From the IMG/VR virus record IMGVR_UViG_3300028832_000109, positions 44,609-108,608 of that record: a DNA stretch of 64,000 nt; one strand, 5' to 3'. This DNA is from a virus (Duplodnaviria > Caudoviricetes). The notes beneath the pieces were generated by a model. It was not told where the DNA came from. It was given only the letters and a program-made list of their open reading frames with translations, and ran no database searches. The first letter of the stretch is position 1; each line of letters begins with the position of its first letter. Of this stretch, positions 27,357-36,816 are shown one piece after another. The position numbers and the translations under genes were made by a program.

Positions 27357-28576
27357 CCGCCGAAATACATGCACTTCCTTGAGAACTTTTTGTCCCTGAA
27401 CATAAGGAAGAGCCTGCCGTCCTCGCCGTAGAGCATTTCAAGGACGGCCTGTCCGGCATTCCTCACCATCATGGTGCTCACGTCCATCGGGAACATGATG
27501 CGCTTGGACGTGTCCTTCATCAGCACGCCGCTCATGGTAATCGTACCGGAATACCTGTTTTCGTGCTTGTAATGAATCTCCACCGTCTTCTCGTCAAGCG
27601 GGACGAGTTCGACCGGCGCAATCGGGTCCTTGTAGTTCAGGCCGTATATCATGTTGATGGTGGCCATCATACCGATTGTATCGAACTTCATGTATGAAGT
27701 CATCCCTTCCGAGCTTTCCGAACGCAACGTTCCTTCGCTGTACTTGTAGTTGACAGCGTACAGCTTTCCAGCAGAGCGCACCCTGCCCCGGCTCCAGTCG
27801 ATGTCGAATGTGCACAGCGGCTCGGTATTCACGAGCGGCATGATGCGGAACACGTTGACCGGTATGGATATGGCGAAATCCTTGCGGTCGGCTTCGTTCT
27901 CGGTTCCAAGCATCTTGACGAGGGAAGGCAGCGTGGCGATGCAGACCCTCTCGTTACCGGTACGGAACGAGAGCGTGCCGCCGATACGGACCAGCTCGAC
28001 CCGTTCGAACTCGTAGCAGCTCTCGAGAATCGAGGCGATGACCATCTGCTCGACCTGGATTGTCTCGTCGGTGCAGAAAGTCTCGTCCAGCTCGAACGGC
28101 TCGACGAATGGCATGCTGGCCTCGACCTCGAAGCATTGAAGCTGTTCGTTGTAGGAAGAACCGATATAGAGACGGTCGTTCGCAATCCAAAGGGACACCA
28201 GGCCTTCCTGGACACCCTTGTCGCATGCAATATAGAAATCCTGCAGGTTCACGTACACATCGTGCTCGAGGCATTCCGACTTCAACGTAGTGTCCACCAA
28301 CGCCGTCACGCCCTTCTCGGTGGTCATCTTCATGTAGACCATCCCGTCGTCATCGTTGACGAACGTCTCGAGATGAAGCCTGTTGTCCTCGGACTCGCTA
28401 GAAAAACCAATGAACGATACCGCCTCGCGGAAACCGGTTACCGTGCTGAACGTGGTAAGTTTTGGCCCCTCATCCTCTTCCTGGACAGGTTCTTCCGCCG
28501 GGGCCGTCGAGGCCTCCTGCACCGGTTCTTCCACTGGGTTGATTTCGGTTTCCTGGGTAACATCTGATTCGGCCAT
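27353..28576 (-). CDS. Possible DnaN (beta-clamp)-like protein
   Basis: ~370-aa acidic alpha/beta body in three similar-sized units; 'DVYVNLQDF', 'FAISIPVNVF', 'IMFPMD..TMM......LEMLY...RLFLM' echo beta-clamp repeats. Start MAESD after AAGGAG. Confidence 0.45.
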   Translation of the reverse strand: MAESDVTQETEINPVEEPVQEASTAPAEEPVQEEDEGPKLTTFSTVTGFREAVSFIGFSSESEDNRLHLETFVNDDDGMVYMKMTTEKGVTALVDTTLKSECLEHDVYVNLQDFYIACDKGVQEGLVSLWIANDRLYIGSSYNEQLQCFEVEASMPFVEPFELDETFCTDETIQVEQMVIASILESCYEFERVELVRIGGTLSFRTGNERVCIATLPSLVKMLGTENEADRKDFAISIPVNVFRIMPLVNTEPLCTFDIDWSRGRVRSAGKLYAVNYKYSEGTLRSESSEGMTSYMKFDTIGMMATINMIYGLNYKDPIAPVELVPLDEKTVEIHYKHENRYSGTITMSGVLMKDTSKRIMFPMDVSTMMVRNAGQAVLEMLYGEDGRLFLMFRDKKFSRKCMYFGG

Positions 28577-28622
28577 AAAATTCGCTCCTTTTCCGTTAAA
28601 ACTATGACATTTCAAGGCAACG

Positions 28623-28647
28623 AAAAAACGCGGGCTTTCGCCCGCGT
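28623..28647 (-). terminator. Intrinsic terminator
   Basis: Minus strand ACGCGGGC-GAAA-GCCCGCGT-TTTTT. Confidence 0.85.
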
Positions 28648-28663
28648 CTCGAATATCTGTCAG

Positions 28664-30190
28664 CTAGAACAGGTTGTCCAGCGACTCGATTGCCAAGTCG
28701 GTCTTGTCCTTCCCACCGCCTTCCGCGGCATTCCCGTTCTCGGACATGTCTATCCCGGCGTTCATCTCGCCGGCATCCATCCCGCCCATGGGGCCGAACT
28801 TCTCTTGGGCGGAATCCATCAGGTCGCCCATTTCGCCGGCCCCGCCGAAATTCACGGTAGAGTCCATGTCGAGGCCTCCGTTTCCGGCAGGAGCGAAGTC
28901 GTCTTCGGGGAAAGTCATCGCGGCGGCTTCCTTGGCCACGTCGTGCATGGCGGTGCCGTCAGTATTGTAGACTTCAGGGAACCACTTCCCGAGGTCCGTC
29001 TTGAACTTGGTGACGTCGACCTTCCCGCCTTCGAGGGCGTGAGCGAACTGCTGCAGGCCCTTGATTGGAAGCACCGTGTCGAGGGCCTTGTAGTCGTCGA
29101 ATGAAAGGAACTGCTCGAGAATCTCGTCAGGAATCATGTTCTTGACACCCGGGAAGCCCTCATACCACTCGGTCGCGGATGGCTTGACACCGCCGGACTG
29201 GTTGTCGTTGATGTAGTTGATTGCGTCGGCCACAATCTGCGCCAGGTTGTCCCAGGCAGCCTGTGAAAGACCGGAGCCGTTGTCCGGGTCGCTCGGAAGG
29301 ACAAACTCACGGAATTCCATCATGTTGTCGCCATCGCCGTTGCCATCGGTCACGCCGTTTACGTCGCCCGCATTCTGCGGGTGCTCGGTACCGTCGGCCC
29401 CGTTCGGAACCTGTGGCGCGTTCGGGTCAGTGGTTGCGCCCGGTGCGGTGCTCCCGTCGGGAGGTGCGCTGAAGTCGTCCGGCCCGAAGTCTCCCCCGGC
29501 CTCGAACATGGCCACCGTGTCATTGCACACGTCAAGCAGCTTCTGCAGGCGCCAGTCAACCGATTCGTAAGCGGTGATGTTGTTTGGGTCGGAATTAGCC
29601 ACGCCGAGCGTATCGTTGAAGTCGTTTCCCGGAGTCTTCACGGCGCCTATACCGTAAGACAGGTCGTCGAGCGATGTCTCGTTCTCCTGCTGGATGAGGT
29701 TCTTCGCGTTTTCCCGGATAGACTGGGCGAAGTTCCCCTGGAACTGGTCGGAATCAAGCGCCACGTCATACAGCATGGAACGCCCGCCCTTCAAGCTCAG
29801 CTCGACGCTGATGGCGTTGTGCGCGTTGGGATATTTGAGGTTGATTGTTACCGGAACCCCGTTGCACGAGAACTCGCCGTTCAGCGAGGCCTGGTCCATG
29901 TCCATCCCGGAAAGGTTGAGCCGCATCGGGGAATACGATGTAGACGAAGTGGCCTCGGTCATAATCTTGATGCCGATGTCTTTCAGGGACAGGTAGTTCC
30001 TGTCCATGAGCAGACTCTTGTTCTCGTACGTCCGATGGTCCCAGTTCTTCCTGGTCTGGTCGCCTACGGGACCGAGAGTCCCCTTCATCATCTTCACCGT
30101 AGTGGTACGGGCCGGCTTGACCGGGCCGCTTTCCGTCTTGGTATATGCGAAAGCCTTCTGGAAGTCTTTCAGTGAAATGCCATTGCTCAC
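28664..30190 (-). CDS. Hypothetical acidic late protein
   Basis: 508 aa, GTG start, ATAAACT at 30224-30230; MTEA, AYES, MFEA, AIES motifs. Confidence 0.7.
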   Translation of the reverse strand: MSNGISLKDFQKAFAYTKTESGPVKPARTTTVKMMKGTLGPVGDQTRKNWDHRTYENKSLLMDRNYLSLKDIGIKIMTEATSSTSYSPMRLNLSGMDMDQASLNGEFSCNGVPVTINLKYPNAHNAISVELSLKGGRSMLYDVALDSDQFQGNFAQSIRENAKNLIQQENETSLDDLSYGIGAVKTPGNDFNDTLGVANSDPNNITAYESVDWRLQKLLDVCNDTVAMFEAGGDFGPDDFSAPPDGSTAPGATTDPNAPQVPNGADGTEHPQNAGDVNGVTDGNGDGDNMMEFREFVLPSDPDNGSGLSQAAWDNLAQIVADAINYINDNQSGGVKPSATEWYEGFPGVKNMIPDEILEQFLSFDDYKALDTVLPIKGLQQFAHALEGGKVDVTKFKTDLGKWFPEVYNTDGTAMHDVAKEAAAMTFPEDDFAPAGNGGLDMDSTVNFGGAGEMGDLMDSAQEKFGPMGGMDAGEMNAGIDMSENGNAAEGGGKDKTDLAIESLDNLF

Positions 30191-30239
30191 GGGAACCTCG
30201 CCATCGTGGAAAAATTTCCCGTAAGTTTATATTCCGAGG

Positions 30240-31124
30240 CTATTCCACCAGGCTTTCGTGGTTGATTTCGCCACCGTCGCTCTCCATGCCGGCAACGTAC
30301 ATGGAAATCGGGTCGGCTGGGTCGGCGCCCGGTATGTTGGAAAACGCCTTCACGGTCACCTTGTCGCGCTGGGCAGACTTGATGTGGCGAACCTCCACCT
30401 CGTAGTCCGTGTCGATGCCTTTCAGGATGTTGAAGTAGATTGCCGGAATCTTGCGGAACTTGTCGTGCGAGCTGGCGTAAGCGGCATCTATGTTGGCCGC
30501 GGCCCCCATCTTGGTGCAGTTCCTCGGGATGACGTTGGTAATCTGCTGTCCGGTTCGTCCCTTCATGTAAATGCTGACCTTGGTGTGGGTGAGCACGACG
30601 GAGACAAACTGGCAACCTGGGACCATCTTCAGCTCGTCGCACATCGTCTTCAACTCGTTGCGGTCCAGTATGACGGTAGACAGCAGGTTCATGGGGTCCT
30701 TGTCGCGGTCGCAGGGGCAGTGCCTGGACTTGGCGTCGAAACGGGTCGGGTCGGCGCATATGCTACGCGCGACCTTCGTCGCGGCCCCATCCGCGTCGTT
30801 CATGAACCTGACCATAGGGTATACGTGACCGTTCGTCAGGGTCTCGTCGAGTACGCTGACGTTTGCGACAGGATTTCCGGGAAAGCCGACGAGTTCGCAG
30901 AACCTGATGAATTCCATCATCGAGGCGACACATACCTCGTTCCCGGAAAAGTTAAGGTCGCTCGGACCAGCCGAGATGTGCAGGAAGGTCGCGGTTGTCG
31001 GCACCGTTATGCGGCACCGCCCGTTTCCCTTGAAGAACACGGTGGCCTTGGACTTGCTTACCATCGTGAGTTTTTTCAGCAGGGCAAAAAACTGCGGGCT
31101 CATTGTAATTATTTGAGGTTCCAT
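30240..31124 (-). CDS. Sliding clamp (gp45-like)
   Basis: 'MSPQFFALLKKLTMVSKS..VFFKG...EVCVASMMEFI' parallels the gp45 N-terminus (LS....ILK.F..IN..I...G...I.DL.EFL); replication operon. Confidence 0.75.
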   Translation of the reverse strand: MEPQIITMSPQFFALLKKLTMVSKSKATVFFKGNGRCRITVPTTATFLHISAGPSDLNFSGNEVCVASMMEFIRFCELVGFPGNPVANVSVLDETLTNGHVYPMVRFMNDADGAATKVARSICADPTRFDAKSRHCPCDRDKDPMNLLSTVILDRNELKTMCDELKMVPGCQFVSVVLTHTKVSIYMKGRTGQQITNVIPRNCTKMGAAANIDAAYASSHDKFRKIPAIYFNILKGIDTDYEVEVRHIKSAQRDKVTVKAFSNIPGADPADPISMYVAGMESDGGEINHESLVE

Positions 31125-31135
31125 AGGTCCATCCT

Positions 31136-33142
31136 TTAAATGTCTTCCATAGCTTTAGACTCAAAAGTAGCAATTCTGTCGATTGCCAGATTCATCTCGG
31201 TAGTTCCCGGCCGCACGTAATACTCCATCCCGGCCCAGCTGTCGACCGGTATCTGCATCATGGGCACTCCAGTCTTGCGGCATATCCCGGACAACACAGG
31301 TCCCAGCAAGCCGCGCTGGTCCCCGAGCTGCTGGAAGAACCGCATGTTATCCAGTTCCCTTATGAAGTCGCCGCGGATGGCGACGAACGGGCCGTCCATT
31401 ACCTGGACCGCGTGCGGGCCATGCCCGGAAATTCCGCGCACCTTCCGGTGCTCCCCGGTAATCTCGCTGTACAGCCCGTATTCTCCGTAGGATTCCGGGC
31501 AGCGGTCCCAGGAACCGTCCGGGAGAAGATAGCCGTACCCGAACGGGGCTACCGCGCCGACGTTGGGAGGAACCTCCTCGAGCTGCCGGTGGAACGAGGG
31601 GTCGGTTATGAACGAAGTGGCCGCGACTATGACGACCCACGATGGAGTGACCTTCACCGACTGCTGCCCGTATATCTTCAGTGCGTTGTATATCGCTCGG
31701 GCGAATGACGGCGGAATCTGCCTGCGGCCGAACGAAATGCCGCACCCGACCCTGAACAGGCACTCGTCCTTCGCGTTTGGATACTCGTCGTACCGGCCGC
31801 GGTATCCGTTCGAGCTGAACACGAAGGTCACTATCTGCGGGTCGTCGGAAAGCCGGAGCACGTCGTTACGGCTAGGACGGCTCTGCCTGGTGGCGGGTCC
31901 CCCGGAAAGCACGTTGCGTATCGCGTCAAGCCTGGCCTTCTCGGCGTGAACCTTGGCGAGTACATCTTTGCGGTGCGTGTTCCTGGCTTCCTCCGATGCC
32001 TTGAACGCCCCCGCGATTGCCGCCTCCATCTGTTCGACAGGGTTGGAGAACACCACTTCCGGCGTGGCCGACTGCACTATGCTGGAATATTTGCGGCTGG
32101 TCCTCGAGGGCTTGTGCTTGCGCACTATCTTGACATCCACGCCGGATGCGTATACCGCGTCGACATCGGACTGCAGCCATCCGCGAGGGGGTACTTTCGT
32201 GCTCCCGGTAGGCGGCACAATCTCCCCGGTCGGCAGAACTCGGCGGCATTTCCCGGATATGAACTCGTCGACCCAGCGCTCGCTCTTCATGAACTTGTAT
32301 CGGATGGCACGCCTGGTGTAGTGCTGGAATCCCTCGCAGTAGAACAGGCGCATGTTCTCCTTCTCTATCGCCTCCTCTATCTCCATGCGGGAATAGCACC
32401 ACTTCGCCGACCCGGAACCTACGGGATTGGATTGAACCTTCACTATCCCGAGCATGCGCATGTTCTCGAACTTCGCATCCCCGAATCCGGCATATACGGA
32501 AGCCACGTACGGAGAGAGGTAATCCGGGAGTGGCTCCTTCCGGTATCTCCGGCGGTCGGATTTCCGCAGGTAGGCAAGGAGCTGGGCCTTGCTGTAGAGG
32601 TATGGGCAGCGTGGCTTGCGCGGTTCGGCGGAAATAAGGCCCTTCCGGGTCTGCTCCCTGAGGTACTTGGGGGACATGTCGATGAGCAGCGCGGCGACAC
32701 GGCGGGGGACCGGGTGGGTAAGCTGCCCTACAAGATACTCGGGGAACCATTCCCGGTTGAACCGCTCGATGTCCTTGCGGTATACCGCGTTGTGCCCGGT
32801 TCGCGCCGATATGTGGGTTATCAGTTTCCCCTGCCTGACATAGCGGGTGAACTGGCGCGGAACCATGTGAAGTTCGAGCATCGCGTCCGCCAACGTAAAC
32901 TCGTGGAGAGGATGCAGGGTGTCGGGAGGCGAGACACGATACTTGGCGATGGCGTCCATCGCGGCAGCATACCGGAACATCTTCTTCCTGGCCTTGTTGT
33001 ACCTGTACGGCAGGTCGGCGAATATGCCGCTGGAACGGAGCTTATGTCCGGGAATTCCTAGGTATTTTGACAGGAATTCGAACCCGATGAATTCCGGTAC
33101 AGTGCCGCGGCGCCGGTATGCATTTTTTAGTATCGCGGGCAT
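31136..33142 (-). CDS. Tandem winged-HTH (MerR/Xis-like) array fused to a GT-A-like C-terminal domain
   Basis: About five HTH units in aa 20-335 (e.g. FTLADAMLELHMVPRQFTRYVRQGKL; VPRRVAALLIDMSPKYLREQTRKGLI); C-terminal 'VGAVAPFG...VQVMDGPFVAIRGD' resembles GT2-type domains. Confidence 0.6.
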   Translation of the reverse strand: MPAILKNAYRRRGTVPEFIGFEFLSKYLGIPGHKLRSSGIFADLPYRYNKARKKMFRYAAAMDAIAKYRVSPPDTLHPLHEFTLADAMLELHMVPRQFTRYVRQGKLITHISARTGHNAVYRKDIERFNREWFPEYLVGQLTHPVPRRVAALLIDMSPKYLREQTRKGLISAEPRKPRCPYLYSKAQLLAYLRKSDRRRYRKEPLPDYLSPYVASVYAGFGDAKFENMRMLGIVKVQSNPVGSGSAKWCYSRMEIEEAIEKENMRLFYCEGFQHYTRRAIRYKFMKSERWVDEFISGKCRRVLPTGEIVPPTGSTKVPPRGWLQSDVDAVYASGVDVKIVRKHKPSRTSRKYSSIVQSATPEVVFSNPVEQMEAAIAGAFKASEEARNTHRKDVLAKVHAEKARLDAIRNVLSGGPATRQSRPSRNDVLRLSDDPQIVTFVFSSNGYRGRYDEYPNAKDECLFRVGCGISFGRRQIPPSFARAIYNALKIYGQQSVKVTPSWVVIVAATSFITDPSFHRQLEEVPPNVGAVAPFGYGYLLPDGSWDRCPESYGEYGLYSEITGEHRKVRGISGHGPHAVQVMDGPFVAIRGDFIRELDNMRFFQQLGDQRGLLGPVLSGICRKTGVPMMQIPVDSWAGMEYYVRPGTTEMNLAIDRIATFESKAMEDI

Positions 33143-34302
33143 CAGAACAAGACCTCCGCCTTGCGAGAATTGGCGTGATTCTCCTTGTATTTCTTGATTC
33201 CCTCGAATCGCTTTGCTGCAGCTGTCTTGCTCATGTTGCCATATTTCAGCGCGAACAGCACCGCTGACCCTTCCGGTTCGCGGACCCTGGCCTCGATTAC
33301 GTCGCGGCGGACGAATCCGTCCTCGTCAAGCGGGAATTCCCCGGCCGTCACGGCAGCATTCACGTCCTTGCTGTGTATTCCTTCCCAGGTGAACCACTTG
33401 AAGCCGAGCTTGCACGTCTTCTCCCTCGCTTCCCTGGCCTTATCATCGTTGTCCCATATGACTACCACGCGGTCCTTGTGCTGCATGATGTCCGGATTCT
33501 TCATAACAAGGCTGTCGAAATGCTCGATACCGCCTATCGCTATCGCGTTATGGACGAACAGCGAGTCAACTGTACCTTCAAGGACATAGAGGGGTTCATC
33601 AAAATTAACGAAGCCGATATTGTACGCCTCCCGGTGAACCCCGGCAAAGTTCAGGTACCTCAGAGGATTCCTCTTATCAATCGCTCGAGCGTCAAACTGG
33701 CTCCACCCGCCTCCAAACCGGTAAAACGGGATAATTAGACGGTTTTTGTACTTGTTCCCGGTTGGGCGCCCATTCGCGTCAAGAATGTAATTGCCGTTGG
33801 CATCGCGGTCGAGAAATTGGTCACCCTGAAGACATACGAACCAGTCGGAATATACTTCCTCTCGTATCATACGTTCTCGGCAATAGGCCAGTGCCGCCTC
33901 GGCGAGTGGATGATTCGCCGTTATCGGGATAATCTCCCCTTCCTTGAACGGCAATGTAGTGGGAACTTCGATTCTTGCGGTCGGCGCGTTCCGGACCTCC
34001 TTGGGTTGCTTGCCCTCGTTTGGGCCAAACGCCTGAAACATTAACTGATGGTACGCAGTCTCATCACGCTCCTTCAGCCATTTTGCATAAGGAATTTTGG
34101 GCGTACACTTGTAACATACATATAACCAGGTGTCGGTATATATGTATGCCTTCTTCTTGTTTGGCTGGTCCGGGCTGCCGCATTGCGGACATACGAAGTT
34201 ATAGAACCTAGGGTTCGTGTCGTCTAAATTATAGCTCCCCAGCTGTTCCCTAATTGACGTATCGTACACCGAGGCCGGTATGTCATCAAAACTAAATGCC
34301 AT
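33142..34302 (-). CDS. DNA primase (gp61-like)
   Basis: 'YNFVCPQCG', 'CYKC', 'RLIIPF', TOPRIM 'YVLEGTVDSLF', 'WDND', 'KDVN'. Confidence 0.95.
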   Translation of the reverse strand: MAFSFDDIPASVYDTSIREQLGSYNLDDTNPRFYNFVCPQCGSPDQPNKKKAYIYTDTWLYVCYKCTPKIPYAKWLKERDETAYHQLMFQAFGPNEGKQPKEVRNAPTARIEVPTTLPFKEGEIIPITANHPLAEAALAYCRERMIREEVYSDWFVCLQGDQFLDRDANGNYILDANGRPTGNKYKNRLIIPFYRFGGGWSQFDARAIDKRNPLRYLNFAGVHREAYNIGFVNFDEPLYVLEGTVDSLFVHNAIAIGGIEHFDSLVMKNPDIMQHKDRVVVIWDNDDKAREAREKTCKLGFKWFTWEGIHSKDVNAAVTAGEFPLDEDGFVRRDVIEARVREPEGSAVLFALKYGNMSKTAAAKRFEGIKKYKENHANSRKAEVLF

Positions 34303-34307
34303 GCTTT

Positions 34308-34318
34308 AAATATAGCAA
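34308..34318 (-). promoter_or_regulatory. TTGCTATATTT promoter, leaderless geometry for primase
   Basis: TATATT-taaagc-ATG. Confidence 0.65.
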
Positions 34319-34349
34319 CTGCGGGTCGACTGGTAGCCGGCCCGCAGTT
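34317..34349. terminator. Hairpin after the SSB gene
   Basis: AACTGCGGGTCG...CGGCCCGCAGTT imperfect inverted repeat. Confidence 0.45.
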
Positions 34350-34364
34350 ATTTTCCGATGTCAA

Positions 34365-36044
34365 TTAGAACGGGAGGTCGTCGTCGCTATCGGTCTCGAC
34401 AATCGGACCATTCGGGTCCACTGCCGGAGCCCCGTTGTGCGTGAACTGCACAGGGTTGGACAGTGGTGGCGCACTTTGCGGTACGTATCCCGTGGACGCC
34501 GGCTGACCCATCGGCGCAGCGGGTGCTGCTGGCGAAGGTGTGGCAGGGGCAACGCCCATCCCGAAGTTGGGCATAGCTGCGGGCTGTGCGGTAGGCATGG
34601 CTGCTGGCTGTGCGGTAGGCATGGCTGCGGGCTGTGCGGAAGGCATAGCGGCGGGCATAGCTCCAGGCATTCCAAACCCTGCACCAGGAACGGCATTCTG
34701 TGCGGAGATACCGGCAGCGAAACCTGGGGTTGCAGGAGCCTGAGCCGGGGTGGCAGGTGCAGACGGAATGCCGACATTCATCGCATTCGGTGTCTGGGCA
34801 TATGCCGTGGTCACCGGGGCAGCGGATTCAGGAATCGGATTGGGCATAGCGCAATTCGGGATTGCTGCTTCCGCCTGACCCATAAACGCAGCGGGATTGC
34901 TATTAGTAACAATCTTTGCGTTTGCCGGAACACTCGGGATGCTGTTTTGCGGCATGGCGGCACCACCGGTGGGGAACGGCTGCGAAGCGAATGACGGAGA
35001 CAGCGGAGAGACCTGAGCCGGCTGACCAAACTGTGGCTGCTGTCCGAACTGGGGCTGCTGGCCATACTGTGGCTGCTGGCCGAACTGCTGCTGGCCGTAC
35101 TGCTGCCGACCGTATCCACCTTTAGCGGCCATCTTCTGCTGAGCGAGCTTGTTGGCTTCCTGCCAGAATTCGGCAAGGTCCTGGATAGCCTGGTCAGGTG
35201 TCGGGATGTCGTCGAAAACGAACCTCAAGTCATGGCACTGGTCAAGAAGAGCCATGATAGCATTCTCATCCGCGGCAATACCGATTGGTGCACCAGTATT
35301 CGGGTCGGTCACCTGCTTGAATGCAAGCGGGTACGACTTTTCAACGAACTTGCTGCCCTTGTATGTCGGAGCGCCCTGGCGGCCGTCGCCGTAAGTCTTG
35401 GTGGCATCCCATGCGCCAACAAGGAAGTAATCCTTTCCGTTCACGGGGTCATACGGGATGAATGCGTCGCCAGTATCAACATTGATTGTTCCCTGCTGCT
35501 GAGGCTGCTGGGCCTGCTTCTGCTTTTCCATATAATTGTCGACAGGGGTCTGGAACTGCTCGTGCTGGTACTTGGAATGGGCCCAAACCTTCACCTGGTT
35601 ATTGAGTTCGGGGTGGTTTTCGTCCTGACGAATGAGGAAGTTCCCGTACCATTCTTCTTCTGCAAGCTGGCGGAGGAATTTCTTGAGCTCCTCCTTACTG
35701 GCTCCCCGCTCCTTTGCAGCATTGTATCGAGCCCATACATCCTCGCAGTAAGGGCATGAGATAACACCGGGGATATTCTTGCAGCATTTCTTAACAAGCA
35801 TCTTCCCGGAACCCAGGTCCTTGATGCGGTGCACCAAGACGGAGGTGTAGGGGTAGGCCCTCATGTCGTGGCCAAGAGGCATTGGACGGAGAAGGGCCTT
35901 GTATGAGGGATTGTTCTTTGTTACTCTTGCACGGTAGATTCGCGGGTCTTCTGCTACGCCGCCTTGGGGTGAGACCGTCGGCATTGCTGCCGGCATCTGC
36001 ACTGTGAGCATACCCATGTTGGGTACCTGAGTATTCTGTTCCAT
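34365..36044 (-). CDS. Single-stranded DNA-binding protein (gp32-like) with long low-complexity tail
   Basis: 'CPYCE', 'YGNFLIRQDENHPELNNQVKVW', 'PYDPVNGKDY', 'PTYKGSKF'; ends DSDDDLPF. Confidence 0.88.
   Translation of the reverse strand: MEQNTQVPNMGMLTVQMPAAMPTVSPQGGVAEDPRIYRARVTKNNPSYKALLRPMPLGHDMRAYPYTSVLVHRIKDLGSGKMLVKKCCKNIPGVISCPYCEDVWARYNAAKERGASKEELKKFLRQLAEEEWYGNFLIRQDENHPELNNQVKVWAHSKYQHEQFQTPVDNYMEKQKQAQQPQQQGTINVDTGDAFIPYDPVNGKDYFLVGAWDATKTYGDGRQGAPTYKGSKFVEKSYPLAFKQVTDPNTGAPIGIAADENAIMALLDQCHDLRFVFDDIPTPDQAIQDLAEFWQEANKLAQQKMAAKGGYGRQQYGQQQFGQQPQYGQQPQFGQQPQFGQPAQVSPLSPSFASQPFPTGGAAMPQNSIPSVPANAKIVTNSNPAAFMGQAEAAIPNCAMPNPIPESAAPVTTAYAQTPNAMNVGIPSAPATPAQAPATPGFAAGISAQNAVPGAGFGMPGAMPAAMPSAQPAAMPTAQPAAMPTAQPAAMPNFGMGVAPATPSPAAPAAPMGQPASTGYVPQSAPPLSNPVQFTHNGAPAVDPNGPIVETDSDDDLPF
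34570..34660 (-). repeat. 24-bp coding tandem repeats (PAAMP[S/T]AQ) in the SSB tail
   Basis: ggcat(a/g)gctgc(g/t)ggctgtgcgg(t/a)a x3. Confidence 0.85.
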
Positions 36045-36120
36045 AGGAGATTTCCTTATAATGTGTCCGGTTTAACTTGCCGGCATTAATAAATATAGTA
36101 AAATCCAAAGACAAAAAGTG

Positions 36121-36816
36121 TCATCCGGATGATTTTTCTTCGCTCGGGGTATCTTTTTTCGCCTTCAGGTGCGGAATAGCGAGTTTCGGACCCAGGTCGT
36201 GCCCGAGCAATTTCATCTGTTCCGCCTTTTCCAGGGACGCCTCAACAAGCTGTTCGAAGTCATCGGGCACGGTATATTCCTCACCAAAGTCCGACATGGC
36301 CTTCTCCAGCTCGGCCGCACACTCGCTAAGGATGTCCTCGAACTTCCAGTCAATGCACTTGGCAACCGTATTGTCGATGGTGCACGCCTCGACGAACCGC
36401 TTGGAAATCTCGTCGTGGCTAAGCGCCTCCTCGGTAACGTTCGGGTTGTACTCGTCATCCACGTGCATGACGCCCTCGTGTTTCTCGTCCTTGACCGTGA
36501 GAATCTTCTTCGCTTCGGTATCGGCCATGTATTCGGCGCCGGTGACTTCCTCGGTCTCGCGCTCGAACTCGGGCGCACGCATCATGTAGTCCTTCCCGAG
36601 GAACTCGTTCTTTCGCGCCTTGCGCAGGTCGACCAGCCATTTCTGGCAGGCTTCGGTTTTGACGAGCTGCCCGTGGGATGACTTTTCCAGGTCGGCATTG
36701 ACGATGAGCGCCGACGTACGCGCGATTTCCTTCTCGCGCGGTGCGAACTTCTTGTCGAATTCCTCGTTTTCTTCCTGGACACGCTTTCCATATCTCGGGA
36801 ATTTAAACTCAGCCAT
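36121..36816 (-). CDS. Hypothetical charged protein
   Basis: 231 aa, Glu/Lys-rich, in the replication operon. Confidence 0.7.
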   Translation of the reverse strand: MAEFKFPRYGKRVQEENEEFDKKFAPREKEIARTSALIVNADLEKSSHGQLVKTEACQKWLVDLRKARKNEFLGKDYMMRAPEFERETEEVTGAEYMADTEAKKILTVKDEKHEGVMHVDDEYNPNVTEEALSHDEISKRFVEACTIDNTVAKCIDWKFEDILSECAAELEKAMSDFGEEYTVPDDFEQLVEASLEKAEQMKLLGHDLGPKLAIPHLKAKKDTPSEEKSSG

